This document shows, in pieces, positions 29,102 to 39,182 of a DNA stretch of 64,000 nucleotides (the first letter of the stretch is position 1; each line of letters starts with the position of its first letter). The notes under the pieces are model-generated. The model was not told the DNA's origin. It saw only the letters and a list, made by a program, of their open reading frames with translations, and did not search any database. The translations under genes and the position numbers were made by a program. The stretch spans positions 137,962 to 201,961 of the forward strand of contig JAJYKS010000001.1 in NCBI GenBank assembly GCA_021788365.1. Reading direction: 5' to 3'. This DNA is from a bacterium. Its GTDB lineage: Bacteria > Patescibacteriota > Microgenomatia > UBA1400 > UBA12108.

Positions 29102-29252
29102 ACACTAGTTTGATCTAGTCACTCCAGAGGGGGACCAAGAGCTGCGGGGTACGGTCTAGCACCGTTTCGTCCGTATAGTCATTGTCTCACATCCAGGGTA
29201 AATGAGACAAATGGGACAGTACTTGACTACTTAATTGATTAATATTAATGAT

Positions 29253-30425
29253 CTATTTTGATATATTAGATTGACGATCCTTCCTGAATAACAATCCATA
29301 TAGATAAATTACCGGGAGTGAAAGTATTGTCAAAATAACCAAAGCTTTGGGAGGACCCATGATATCAGCCATTCCACCCAAGAATATGCTCATAACGGTA
29401 AACCCGAGGCTACCACCAAGTGAATTAAGCGAACTCATGGTTGCTCTTTCATGATCGCTAAATTCTTTTTGCATAAGAGTTTTTTCCGATACTGACCCAA
29501 CTCCATACAATAGTGATGGTGCAGCCAAGATTATTGGGGAAAGAACTGTCGGGAACCCGTAAGCGAATAGGCTTACTACTCTGCCAAAAATGCTATCGAA
29601 TAAGAGTATTCTTATTTCTTTGAATTTTCGAATCAGCTTGCCACTAAAAAAGTAACTAAGAGATGCCCCAAAACTTGGTAAGGTTCTAGCTATACCAATT
29701 GCCCAAAGTGGCCAGACGATAGCGGTAAAAGCAGAAGAAAATTCCCATTTGATTTCATTTATGGAATACTCCCAGATAGAAGCTAAACTTAGAAGTCGAA
29801 GTTTCTCATTATGAATAAATAGTCTAAAAGCATTATCAATATGAGCGTAGATATTGGAACTCGTGTGAGTGCGTGGGCGTGGATCAATAAATTGATAGCT
29901 AATATAAAGCGCCGCAATTCCTAAGATAACTGATATCCACAACAAGTAGTGAAATGAGAAACTTGCAACAATTCCTCCAAGGATTGCTGATAATCCCATG
30001 GCGAGTTGTTCGGTTGAACTAACTTTACCCTGATATCCATGGAACTCGCTTTCCAGATGATTATCGGCCAGAGTGTCATAGAGAAAGGCATCGTTGTTGC
30101 CACTGTATAGTGACCGGGATAGACCTTCGAAAATAGCGCCGATGACTAGCCACCAATATGAGGAGCCCACTGCATAAAATATTAAAGCTATAACACGTGA
30201 CCAGGATCCAAGGATAATTGTGACTTTGCGACCAACACGATCAGACCAGATACCAGTTGGTATTTCAAATAAGGCAGAGGTAAGCGTAGTAATACCGAAA
30301 ATCGATGCCCCTAACGCAAAAGAACCAGAGACTCGTGAAAAATAGATGATAGCAAGAGGAGCAAAAAGACTAAATCCAGTAAGGAAGTTGAAAATTGAAA
30401 GTAAATGAACATTTTTCCGGTACAT
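29253..30425 (-). CDS. MFS transporter (possible exporter of cluster product)
   Basis: 390 aa; 12 TM; GIWSDRVGRK MFS motif A. Confidence 0.75.
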   Translation of the reverse strand: MYRKNVHLLSIFNFLTGFSLFAPLAIIYFSRVSGSFALGASIFGITTLTSALFEIPTGIWSDRVGRKVTIILGSWSRVIALIFYAVGSSYWWLVIGAIFEGLSRSLYSGNNDAFLYDTLADNHLESEFHGYQGKVSSTEQLAMGLSAILGGIVASFSFHYLLWISVILGIAALYISYQFIDPRPRTHTSSNIYAHIDNAFRLFIHNEKLRLLSLASIWEYSINEIKWEFSSAFTAIVWPLWAIGIARTLPSFGASLSYFFSGKLIRKFKEIRILLFDSIFGRVVSLFAYGFPTVLSPIILAAPSLLYGVGSVSEKTLMQKEFSDHERATMSSLNSLGGSLGFTVMSIFLGGMADIMGPPKALVILTILSLPVIYLYGLLFRKDRQSNISK

Positions 30426-30467
30426 ATGAAAAGTATATATGGATCAGTGCCTAGTTCGTCTAGGAAA

Positions 30468-31238
30468 CTAGAGCTGTATTTTATTGTTATTAAATTTCTC
30501 TAAGATCTTGATTTCGTTTGACCATATCTCATTTATATTTGGTCCTTTATATAGAATTTCTTGAACCATTTGCAGCATAGGATTATTCTGGTTCGACAAG
30601 TTGAGGTCCAATTTCAGGTTATCTCTTGTAATATATTTATTCATTAAGTCACATCTGACAATTTCTCCTGTCGACATATATAGCAGTAGCTCTCGCTTAG
30701 GATCGCTTGAATATCCCACTTCTATGTCCCACGGAATATTTTTCCCTGATACTAAGTAGAAATACAGATCCACTTCATGTATACCAAGGTCGAAAACTGG
30801 ACCTTCTAAATTAGCTCTATTGGGTTGGAAGCCGAATCTACTACTTCGTATTTTCGAAACGTGGGAAAGATCGACGTTCTTTTTGATAAATGAGACTACT
30901 GGATTATATCTTTCAAGGGTAGATTGGTATAGGATTTTCCCTCTCTCCTCAGCTAAGTTTTCAAGGTTGAGAGATTTATTAACCGATAGACATATAGGTT
31001 TTTCAACAAGTACATTGTAATCACTTTCTAATAAGGTTTTGGCAATGGAGAAATGTGTTTCTGATGGGGTAGAGACGATAACAAGATCAACTGCTGGATG
31101 CATTGAGACAAAGTCTTCTACTGATCTGAAATATGCTTTGTTAGCTATCGAAACAACGTCCACTATGTAATCAGCCGAAATGGCCTTATCATAGTATTTC
31201 CCCATTTTCCCATAACCAATAATGGCGAATTTGGACAT
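30468..31238 (-). CDS. Gfo/Idh/MocA-family NAD(P)-dependent oxidoreductase
   Basis: N-terminal Rossmann GxGxxG (IIGYGKMG); EKP motif (LVEKPI) typical of sugar dehydrogenases of this family. Confidence 0.7.
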   Translation of the reverse strand: MSKFAIIGYGKMGKYYDKAISADYIVDVVSIANKAYFRSVEDFVSMHPAVDLVIVSTPSETHFSIAKTLLESDYNVLVEKPICLSVNKSLNLENLAEERGKILYQSTLERYNPVVSFIKKNVDLSHVSKIRSSRFGFQPNRANLEGPVFDLGIHEVDLYFYLVSGKNIPWDIEVGYSSDPKRELLLYMSTGEIVRCDLMNKYITRDNLKLDLNLSNQNNPMLQMVQEILYKGPNINEIWSNEIKILEKFNNNKIQL

Positions 31239-31239
31239 A

Positions 31240-32310
31240 TTATTCTGCCTCCAAAAATGAAGTGAGTGTTGATGATGCTTTTTCCCAAGTGAGGTCTCTA
31301 CTTAACTGGACATTATTTTTTCCCATGGATTCTCTATTTTCATAGGCCATTGCTATACCATTCCTCCACGAATCAATATTTTTATCAACCAGGGATCCGT
31401 TGATACCATCTTTTAATAACCACCCTATTCTTCCCTTCCCCATAACTATTGGTTTACCTACTGCTAGATATTCGCTAACAGCAATTGGACTACAGTCTAC
31501 TGACACTGGGAACACTAAGACATCAGCAATGTTGGTGTAATTGGGTACTTCCAGCAATGGCACTGCACCTGTCTTTATAACTTGAGGTAAATCTGGCAGA
31601 CTAGCTAGTAGAGGTCCATCACCTACAATAAACAGGAGTTGGTTCTCGTCTATTGAAGAAATAATCAATCTAATATCTTCGTACCATTTACTTAATTTAC
31701 CCGTATAAACTAAAATTTGCTTTTGTTCAAAGCTTATATTGTATTTCTTGGCATATTTTAGCTTTAGTAATTTAATCTTTTCATCTGAATATTTGTAGAA
31801 AATATTTTCATCATATCCATTAGGAATAATTACTGTCTTATTTGTTCTGAGACCTTCTCGTTTAAGTGCTTCAAGCATGGTTGGTGATTGTGTGATTACT
31901 TTTGTTGCTATCTTAATTATGGATTCAAAACCTTTTTTTAATAAGAAATATCTTTCATCTGCTCCAAATTCTGTTAAATACATTTCTTCGTACCAATCAA
32001 TGCAATCAAAAACTATTGGGATCTTAATTGTTGGATTTATCAGAAGTGCACTAAGTGGATTGTCTATCAAAATATAATCATATTGGTGTTTTTGTAGATG
32101 CTGATTTAATTTTTCCTGCTCTATCGATACGTCCGAAATATTGTTTAGTATCTTATGTCTTAAGAATTCGACCCTACACTTACCATCCAAGTGTTGAAGT
32201 AAAAATTGCTCCCTTTGTGGGAAGCCCTGAAAGTACCTTGGCGAAAAATGCTGAATACTTTGTGCGTATACCTTATCACCGACTTTTAGTATCCTTTTCA
32301 TGCAAACCAT
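31240..32310 (-). CDS. Glycosyltransferase family 1 (GT4-like)
   Basis: C-terminal GT-B fold with E-x7-E region (EYLAVGKPIV) typical of GT1. Confidence 0.65.
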   Translation of the reverse strand: MVCMKRILKVGDKVYAQSIQHFSPRYFQGFPQREQFLLQHLDGKCRVEFLRHKILNNISDVSIEQEKLNQHLQKHQYDYILIDNPLSALLINPTIKIPIVFDCIDWYEEMYLTEFGADERYFLLKKGFESIIKIATKVITQSPTMLEALKREGLRTNKTVIIPNGYDENIFYKYSDEKIKLLKLKYAKKYNISFEQKQILVYTGKLSKWYEDIRLIISSIDENQLLFIVGDGPLLASLPDLPQVIKTGAVPLLEVPNYTNIADVLVFPVSVDCSPIAVSEYLAVGKPIVMGKGRIGWLLKDGINGSLVDKNIDSWRNGIAMAYENRESMGKNNVQLSRDLTWEKASSTLTSFLEAE

Positions 32311-33293
32311 TCTTCAAGAGCATTTCTAATTTTTTTCACTTCTCGGTCAGTTAGATTCCATCGATTAGGTACACTAACTATTCTAGACGTCCAATCTGTG
32401 TAATACTTCCTTTCGTTTATAGGAAGAATGTCGTCACCGTAATATACGAGTGTGGCAATCCCCTTCTTCTCCATATACTGCCTAAACTTGTCTCTTTTCT
32501 CTATCAGGAGATTAAACACGGAGTATATATGTCTATCTCCTTTATGTTCGGCCAAGAATGGCTGTATCGTAGGGATTACTTGAAGATATTCCCTGGAAAT
32601 ATCTCGTTGTATCTTAATCCTATCTTCATAGTGAGAGAGCTCGTGTAAAAGGAATTCTGCCTTAATTTCGTCCATTCTTAAATTTAAAGCGATGTTCTCT
32701 GTCATTTTTCCATCTTCTCGTCCGGATTGAATAAAGACTTTCATTTTTTGATACAACTCTTCGTCGTTCGTAACAATGGCTCCTCCATGACCGCATGTAT
32801 GAAGCGACTTGGTAGGGTAGAAACTGTAACAACCCACCACCCCGATAGTACCCACTTTCACCCCTTGAATCTCAGCGCCAAAAGCCTGACAAGCATCTTC
32901 TATTAACACGTTTTTGTCAATTTTGTTGACAAGCCGATTTGGTTGACCATACAAATGAACTAGAGTACTTACGGTTGATGGATCAATAGATATCTTTTGT
33001 TCGAGGATATTTTTGCGATATTTAATTTTGTAGCCTAGTAAACGTGCGGGTTGGTAAGTGGCAGGAAAAGTGTAAGGATCAACTATTAATCTTGAATACT
33101 TTTCTCTTAAGGCCCAATATGCTGCAAGTAGTGAAGATGTCCCGTTATTTGTAAGTAAGACATACTTCACATTTAGATATTCTTTGAGTTTTTCCTCCAG
33201 GTTTCTTATCATGATCCCATCAACCCAGTTGCCGGAATTGTACACTTGGCTCTTATAATCAGAATTTAGTAGGTATATCGGTATATTGTCCAT
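32298..33293 (-). CDS. DegT/DnrJ/EryC1/StrS-family PLP-dependent sugar aminotransferase
   Basis: DACQAFGA and SFYPTKSL (Schiff-base Lys region) motifs. Confidence 0.75.
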   Translation of the reverse strand: MDNIPIYLLNSDYKSQVYNSGNWVDGIMIRNLEEKLKEYLNVKYVLLTNNGTSSLLAAYWALREKYSRLIVDPYTFPATYQPARLLGYKIKYRKNILEQKISIDPSTVSTLVHLYGQPNRLVNKIDKNVLIEDACQAFGAEIQGVKVGTIGVVGCYSFYPTKSLHTCGHGGAIVTNDEELYQKMKVFIQSGREDGKMTENIALNLRMDEIKAEFLLHELSHYEDRIKIQRDISREYLQVIPTIQPFLAEHKGDRHIYSVFNLLIEKRDKFRQYMEKKGIATLVYYGDDILPINERKYYTDWTSRIVSVPNRWNLTDREVKKIRNALEEWFA

Positions 33294-33294
33294 A

Positions 33295-34020
33295 TCATTC
33301 TTCTAAAATAGTTGTGAGCAGCTTAGTTCCCGATGCAGAAATAGGTGTATATGAACTGACCTGGAAGGCCTCGCCGTAGGAAGCTCCCGCAGTATTGCCT
33401 CTCAACGCAAGGCAGCTTTTAATTTTAGACATTAGCCAGTCTTGGCTAGTTTTATGTTCATCTTTAACAGATGCATAACAACTGAAAGCAGCCAACTTAT
33501 TCGCTACGTTCTCACTCGATATTGCAGATATAACTTGAGATTCAAAAGGAGTTGTCATTTCTAGATCGACTTCTCCTTGTAGAATTACTGTTGCACTCCA
33601 TTGAGTTTCCCCACCACATAGTTTGCAGCCACTTTGAAAGTTTGCTTCGGGAATTACTTCCCCTAGAGTACGATGGTCAATATGTTTATCTTTTATGTGA
33701 TGCGTAATTATCAAATCTGGTTTGACCCTTCTAATTTCGCCCATAGTGGCCTGAATTAACCTCCCTTTATCTTTTTGTAGTTCCATATCCACAAAATCTA
33801 GAAAATTTACCTGAAATCCCAATAACTTACTACTAGCTTTCCCCTCTAATTTTGTTCGTAAAATTCGAACTTTTTGTTTTTCGGATGCAAAATAAGCTTG
33901 ATCGTTGTTGGTAAAAAAGCTGACATGAACTTCATGATTTTTCTTAACCAGTTTATCAATCGTTCCTCCGCAAAGGATCGTTTCGTCATCTGGGTGCGCT
34001 AGTAATGCCAGGATTTTCAT
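33295..34020 (-). CDS. PIG-L/LmbE-family N-acetyl-sugar deacetylase
   Basis: AHPDDET zinc-binding motif near N-terminus; downstream HxxH. Confidence 0.75.
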   Translation of the reverse strand: MKILALLAHPDDETILCGGTIDKLVKKNHEVHVSFFTNNDQAYFASEKQKVRILRTKLEGKASSKLLGFQVNFLDFVDMELQKDKGRLIQATMGEIRRVKPDLIITHHIKDKHIDHRTLGEVIPEANFQSGCKLCGGETQWSATVILQGEVDLEMTTPFESQVISAISSENVANKLAAFSCYASVKDEHKTSQDWLMSKIKSCLALRGNTAGASYGEAFQVSSYTPISASGTKLLTTILEE

Positions 34021-34029
34021 TTTGGTCTT

Positions 34030-34749
34030 TTATACCTTTCTTTTAGCTCCCCAGATATCACAATGAAGTCTGCCAAGAAGACGATATCCTTTGACCTTTA
34101 CTGTTTCCACTACTTTTTGAGCATTTTCAGATACCTCTAAAGATGTTTTCCCCTGAGGCATGATAATAATTTTGTCTATGTTAAGTTTGAGTGGCTTGAT
34201 AAAATCATTTTCGATTTCATCTAAGTCATTAGTGTTGTTAACCACAAACTTAAAAATAGAATTTGCTTTATTAATCGCTCTTAAAACATTTTCATTTATT
34301 CTGGCTTGACGGAGATTCCCTGAATTCTCTAACTTGGGAGAACAATTAAACTGACAACGTTCAAGAAGGTATTCTGATGGCATGACTGTCCCGTTCGTTT
34401 CAATTTCTACTGTCCAATCTGGCATTAACTTAATTAACGTTTCAATACTACTTTTCTGTAACAATGGCTCTCCACCGGTAATTACAAGACGTTTCTCGAC
34501 TTTTTTATTTGTACATGTCCATGCAGTAATTATTCTTTCTTTAGTTTCCTCAATACTCCATTTTTGCTTTTCATTCCAGAATTCTGGTAATTTGGCATCC
34601 CAGGCGTAGCGCGTATCACACCAAATACATTTCAAATTACATACACACAACCGCAAGAAACATGCGGGCTTACCCATCGAGATTCCTTCACCCTGGATTG
34701 TATAGAAGACGCCGTCGCCTGATACATTAAAATAGTCGTTATTTAGCAT
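34030..34749 (-). CDS. queE: 7-carboxy-7-deazaguanine synthase QueE-like radical SAM enzyme
   Basis: CNLKCIWCDT cluster (QueE-type CxxxCxxC with preceding Cys) and ITGGEPL SAM-binding motif. Adjacent to queD and folE. Confidence 0.8.
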   Translation of the reverse strand: MLNNDYFNVSGDGVFYTIQGEGISMGKPACFLRLCVCNLKCIWCDTRYAWDAKLPEFWNEKQKWSIEETKERIITAWTCTNKKVEKRLVITGGEPLLQKSSIETLIKLMPDWTVEIETNGTVMPSEYLLERCQFNCSPKLENSGNLRQARINENVLRAINKANSIFKFVVNNTNDLDEIENDFIKPLKLNIDKIIIMPQGKTSLEVSENAQKVVETVKVKGYRLLGRLHCDIWGAKRKV

Positions 34750-35179
34750 AACTAGCCTTACTTGTGGGAGTTTCCCAGATAGTTACCTCTGATAACTTAA
34801 GACCTGTACCAAAATTATCTTTAAACTTTGCTGCTAGCTTTTTATATATCCAATACGCAATTCTTTCCGCAGTTGGGATAAAGGGTACCGATAGATTTTT
34901 TAAAAGCGGGTTGGTTTTAAAAAAGCTAGCCATTACTTGGTCTTTTTCCCAATACATGAACGAGTGATCGCAAATATTAATAATCTCTTCTTGGAGAATG
35001 GTTTTGATTTCACCAAAATCCATTACCATATCCTCACTAGATTCGTTTGATTTATTAATTAACGAACCTTCTAGGCAAATTTCTGCCCTATACCTATGGC
35101 CGTGAACATTTTTGCATTGTGATTTATGATTTGGGATGCGGTGGCCCATATCCCATTCGACTATTTTATATACCTTCAT
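34739..35179 (-). CDS. queD: 6-carboxy-5,6,7,8-tetrahydropterin synthase QueD
   Basis: CxNxHGHxY motif (CKNVHGHRY) and HRIP region. Start set to the internal ATG at 35179 (MKVYKIVEWDMGHRI); the track start 35254 overlaps folE by 89 bp. Confidence 0.8.
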   Translation of the reverse strand: MKVYKIVEWDMGHRIPNHKSQCKNVHGHRYRAEICLEGSLINKSNESSEDMVMDFGEIKTILQEEIINICDHSFMYWEKDQVMASFFKTNPLLKNLSVPFIPTAERIAYWIYKKLAAKFKDNFGTGLKLSEVTIWETPTSKASYAK

Positions 35180-35747
35180 GGCTTTTGGCCTCGCTTGACG
35201 TATCAACCTGATGCATAAATTGCATAACAAGGCTTTTGTCTTTATTAAATACACCCGTCTTTATCAAGGTTCTCATCTGACTAGATCCATTTTTTACGCC
35301 GCGCATGCTCATGCATAGATGCTTAGCTTTGCAATAAACGATTACGCCTTTAGTTCTAAGGTTCTTTTGGATTGTTTCAGCTATTTGTTTGGTTAAACGC
35401 TCCTGTAACTGTAATCTGTGGGAAAATATCCCTACTAATCTGGCAAACTTGGATAAACCTAGAACTTTTTTGTCTGGAATATAGCCGATATGAATCTTTC
35501 CATAAAATGGCAGCAGGTGATGTTCGCAGAGGCTATAAAAGTCTATATTTGAGACTACTACCATTCCGTCATAGTCGTCGCTTTTAAAACATTTGAAAAT
35601 ACTTTTAGGATCTAAGTTATAACCATCAAGTAGTTCGGCATACATTTTAGCGACACGCCTGGGTGTTTCCAACAAACCCTCTCTATTAGGATTTTCACCT
35701 ATTTCTGATAACAATTGCCTAGTAATATCCTCTATTCTTGCTGTCAT
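35166..35747 (-). CDS. folE: GTP cyclohydrolase I FolE
   Basis: CEHHLLPF catalytic motif and the LTKQIAETI region typical of GCH-I. Confidence 0.85.
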   Translation of the reverse strand: MTARIEDITRQLLSEIGENPNREGLLETPRRVAKMYAELLDGYNLDPKSIFKCFKSDDYDGMVVVSNIDFYSLCEHHLLPFYGKIHIGYIPDKKVLGLSKFARLVGIFSHRLQLQERLTKQIAETIQKNLRTKGVIVYCKAKHLCMSMRGVKNGSSQMRTLIKTGVFNKDKSLVMQFMHQVDTSSEAKSHEGI

Positions 35748-35853
35748 ATTTAATAACTATTATTACGACTGCATAATTCTACTATAGGTTTCCAGGCAGG
35801 TAAAGAGCGTCACCAGGGGTGGTTTCGGAGTAACATTTATTAAATAAATTTCT

Positions 35854-36753
35854 CTATTTTGCAGATTTTTCATATTCATATCCAGATAAGTAGAACATTC
35901 TCCAAAAAGCAATAAACAAAGCAGTATCCCATCCATATTTCTCCATAGCCGTTTGATAGTATTCTTTTGCACCCTCAGTAAAATAACCCGTCTGGATTTG
36001 ATTCCATAGATCTGGGCATTTATTTCCCACTCTTTCGATTTGTGCCTCACTTCTGCCGAATTGGAACGCCGTTCTTAATTCGTGCTTTAAATCTATGGGG
36101 TCATGGTAAATGACTGCCTCTTGGGACACAAAGATGGGTACGCCGGCAGCCTTAATTTTTTGATCTAGATATCCATCATCACCAAATCTTACTTCGGGGT
36201 GGTATATATTACCCTCTTCTCCGATAACATCTATGAGCTCTCTCCGCTTTAACCCAAGTCCTGGTGAATATGATTTTGGTTCATAACGATTTTCGTGTGT
36301 CCTGGAATTGCTGATCAATTTACTAACCCTACTACCATCGTTAAGAAATATAACAGTTGGCTGAACTACCAAGTTACCCATCTTCAAGGATTGATTGATT
36401 ATTGCGATGGCGCCAGGTGCAAAAACAGAGTCGCTGTCCATGACAATAATATCGTTATGAGTTGATTCTTTGATCCCAGCTTCTGCAGCAATACTCCAAT
36501 TTCCATACCTGTGAGGGGCGACTTTAATACCTCTTATTTCATCTATAAAATCAGCGTCGTCTGCTACACTTGCCACAACCTCAACGGGCACATCTATAGA
36601 ATCCATACACCGGAGAAGTCCTTCTCTACTTCTTCCACATCTAATGACAACAGAGAGATCAGTTTTTTGATTTAAACCATTTTCAAATTTCATATTGCTT
36701 ACTTTAAGCCCTATATTTGTAGGCATTTTACTACTATAAGTCATTCTAGTCAA
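35854..36753 (-). CDS. Glycosyltransferase family 2
   Basis: N-terminal GT-A fold; DxD (MDSDS) motif. Confidence 0.6.
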   Translation of the reverse strand: MTRMTYSSKMPTNIGLKVSNMKFENGLNQKTDLSVVIRCGRSREGLLRCMDSIDVPVEVVASVADDADFIDEIRGIKVAPHRYGNWSIAAEAGIKESTHNDIIVMDSDSVFAPGAIAIINQSLKMGNLVVQPTVIFLNDGSRVSKLISNSRTHENRYEPKSYSPGLGLKRRELIDVIGEEGNIYHPEVRFGDDGYLDQKIKAAGVPIFVSQEAVIYHDPIDLKHELRTAFQFGRSEAQIERVGNKCPDLWNQIQTGYFTEGAKEYYQTAMEKYGWDTALFIAFWRMFYLSGYEYEKSAK

Positions 36754-36781
36754 AAAAAATATTAGTAGTAAAATATGCTCT

Positions 36782-37981
36782 ATGCTATCTCAAGAGAAGA
36801 ATATTCCTCTAGAATATCATGGTAGAAGTATAGGCGCGGCTGACTATGTTGCCGCAGTTTCTGCGGAAAATGTTCACAATATTATTGGACCTCATAATGT
36901 TTTGTTACAAGTCAATTATGGATGCTATCTTCATTGTGAGATGTGTGATCGCCATAAATGGGTAAAGGAAGGGGTCCCCGTAGATGAAACGATGACAACA
37001 AACCAGCTGTTGGGATTGGTTGATGAGCTTTCGGCCATGGGAACCAGGCGAATTACAATTGTTGGAACAGAACCCGTCATGAGGAAAGATTTGACTCTTA
37101 TGCTCGGGAGAATCAGAGAGAATAATATAAAACCAGAATTATATACGGCCGGTATAGTACTATCAGATGAGTTGATTGAGTCGATATTGTTAACATCAAC
37201 AGATGTGGCATTTTCTTTAGATGGTTTTAATGAGAATAGCCATAATCGCATAAGAGTCCCAAATAATGAGTTCAATGCCTATGCGCGGACACTAGGTTCG
37301 ATAGAGCGGTTAACAAAAGCAAGGGCGGCAAAAAATATTAGCCAAGAAAACGTTAGAATAACGGCAAATTTCACCATTCAACGGAATAACATTAGTGATT
37401 TAGCGCTAGTAACACCAGAACAAATTGATTTATGCGGTTTAGACGTTTTGCGGATGTCTGTGGTACACGGTGAGGGTAGCTATGCTTTAGTAAGTGAAGA
37501 CATACCGATAATATTAGAGTTTATGCAAAGGATGAAAGCGAATTCATCGCGTACTGAAATATCATTTTCAAATGCATTGGAATATCTTGCTAACAATTCG
37601 CTTACCCCCCAAGATTTTAATGTAAATACTCTTATTCCTTCACGAATCGCTGATGGCACTAATAAATTAAAGTGCCACATCGCAGAATACAGTACGATGA
37701 TTGATCCGAAAGGAGATGTCCGTCCTTGCCTGTATTTGTATGACGATAACGGTTCGTTTGACTCAAGTGATCGAGATCAGTTTGTGATGGGAAACGTAAA
37801 AAATGATTCGTTTAGAGCAATTTGGAATGGTGAAGCATATACCACTTTTAGAAGGTCAAAGGAATACCCGGATTTGAAGAGTGGCAGTCGTTGTCGTACA
37901 TGCGAATACACTGATCAGTTTGAAGAGATGGATCAAATAATTGCCTTATCAAAAATTAACGATATTCAGATTGGTTGGTAA
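36782..37981 (+). CDS. Radical SAM / SPASM-domain protein
   Basis: CYLHCEMC (CxxxCxxC) near N-terminus; C-terminal Cys cluster CLYLYD...CRTCEY consistent with SPASM/twitch auxiliary cluster. Confidence 0.7.
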   Translation: MLSQEKNIPLEYHGRSIGAADYVAAVSAENVHNIIGPHNVLLQVNYGCYLHCEMCDRHKWVKEGVPVDETMTTNQLLGLVDELSAMGTRRITIVGTEPVMRKDLTLMLGRIRENNIKPELYTAGIVLSDELIESILLTSTDVAFSLDGFNENSHNRIRVPNNEFNAYARTLGSIERLTKARAAKNISQENVRITANFTIQRNNISDLALVTPEQIDLCGLDVLRMSVVHGEGSYALVSEDIPIILEFMQRMKANSSRTEISFSNALEYLANNSLTPQDFNVNTLIPSRIADGTNKLKCHIAEYSTMIDPKGDVRPCLYLYDDNGSFDSSDRDQFVMGNVKNDSFRAIWNGEAYTTFRRSKEYPDLKSGSRCRTCEYTDQFEEMDQIIALSKINDIQIGW

Positions 37982-39168
37982 ATATGTTAATCGAAGGCAT
38001 ACACTCGTTTCACATTAACGAATCAGGGGCGCCCACAGGAGGAGCCGAACGTTATTTAATAGCGCTTCATCAGGAATTACAGGCTTCTGGAAATCCCGCA
38101 ATATTGATATACGGCCGTAATGAGCCTGGGACTTATCTTCCGCCTGATGGTTCTACAATTGTAGAAGGAATTGATTTGGCAGATGAGCCAGAATCTTCAA
38201 GAGCTGGGTTCCTACAGCTATTAAAACATAATAAACCTGATTTAATTCACTTTCATAATCTAAATAACACCTCCCTTATTTCTCAGATGTCTACTACTCA
38301 AACAACGGTAAGGACAGTACATGATTCTAGATTATTTTGTCCAATGGAGTTCAGAATGAAGAATAATGGAGAATTATGTAATGAAGCGGCAGGATTAAAC
38401 TGTCTTGCTTGTATGAGTGATTTCCAAATGGATAATGACGAATCCATTACGAGATTAAAACAAACGATGCAAGAAATTGAAGCTACAAAACAAGTGTCAA
38501 TTCTTGTAACTCCAAGCAATTATATTAGGGAGCAACTAATTCTTAATCAAGTTGACGACTCTAAGATCATAGTTATACCTCCATTCTTATTAAACGAGAT
38601 AGATACTTCATCTTCACATATGGAGAAAGAAACAACCGATGTTCTTTTTGTAGGAAGAATTGTTAGATCAAAGGGACTTCATCTCTTACTCGAAAGTTTG
38701 GTAGAGTTGCCGAATGATACAACTTTAACCATCGTTGGAGATGGACCTGATTTGAATAACAATATCGAACTATCTAGACGATTAAAATTAGGTAACAGGG
38801 TAAGCTTTGTTGGATGGGCAAATTCTAACCAGTTGAGCCACTATTATCGTCGATCCAAGGTATTAGCAGTTCCATCGATGGGTCCTGAAGCGTTTGGGTT
38901 AGTTGGATTAGAAGCTATGGCAGAGGGAAAACCAGTCGTGGCTTTTGACTCTGGTGGAATTAACCAATGGTTAGTTGATGGCATTAATGGATATTTGGTT
39001 TCTAGGGGCAATGTAGAAGATCTGACTGACAAAATTGGTCGACTAATTAATAATCAGGACTTGAGAAATAGTTTTGGCCATAATGGATTATCCATGATAC
39101 ATGAAACTTTTAATCGGAAAGCTCATGTTGATAGACTTCTTACTATATACCAATCAATACTCACCTAG
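37975..39168 (+). CDS. Glycosyltransferase family 1
   Basis: GT-B C-terminal domain with EAFGLVGLEAMAEGKPVV (E-x7-E). Confidence 0.75.
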   Translation: MVNMLIEGIHSFHINESGAPTGGAERYLIALHQELQASGNPAILIYGRNEPGTYLPPDGSTIVEGIDLADEPESSRAGFLQLLKHNKPDLIHFHNLNNTSLISQMSTTQTTVRTVHDSRLFCPMEFRMKNNGELCNEAAGLNCLACMSDFQMDNDESITRLKQTMQEIEATKQVSILVTPSNYIREQLILNQVDDSKIIVIPPFLLNEIDTSSSHMEKETTDVLFVGRIVRSKGLHLLLESLVELPNDTTLTIVGDGPDLNNNIELSRRLKLGNRVSFVGWANSNQLSHYYRRSKVLAVPSMGPEAFGLVGLEAMAEGKPVVAFDSGGINQWLVDGINGYLVSRGNVEDLTDKIGRLINNQDLRNSFGHNGLSMIHETFNRKAHVDRLLTIYQSILT

Positions 39169-39182
39169 TATAAAATTAGATC

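Noticed and set aside
35763-36050. 95 aa minus ORF between folE and the GT2 gene
   Set aside because: It overlaps the 3' end of the GT2 gene in another frame and has no RBS or motif. It is more likely the intergenic or terminal region of GT2.
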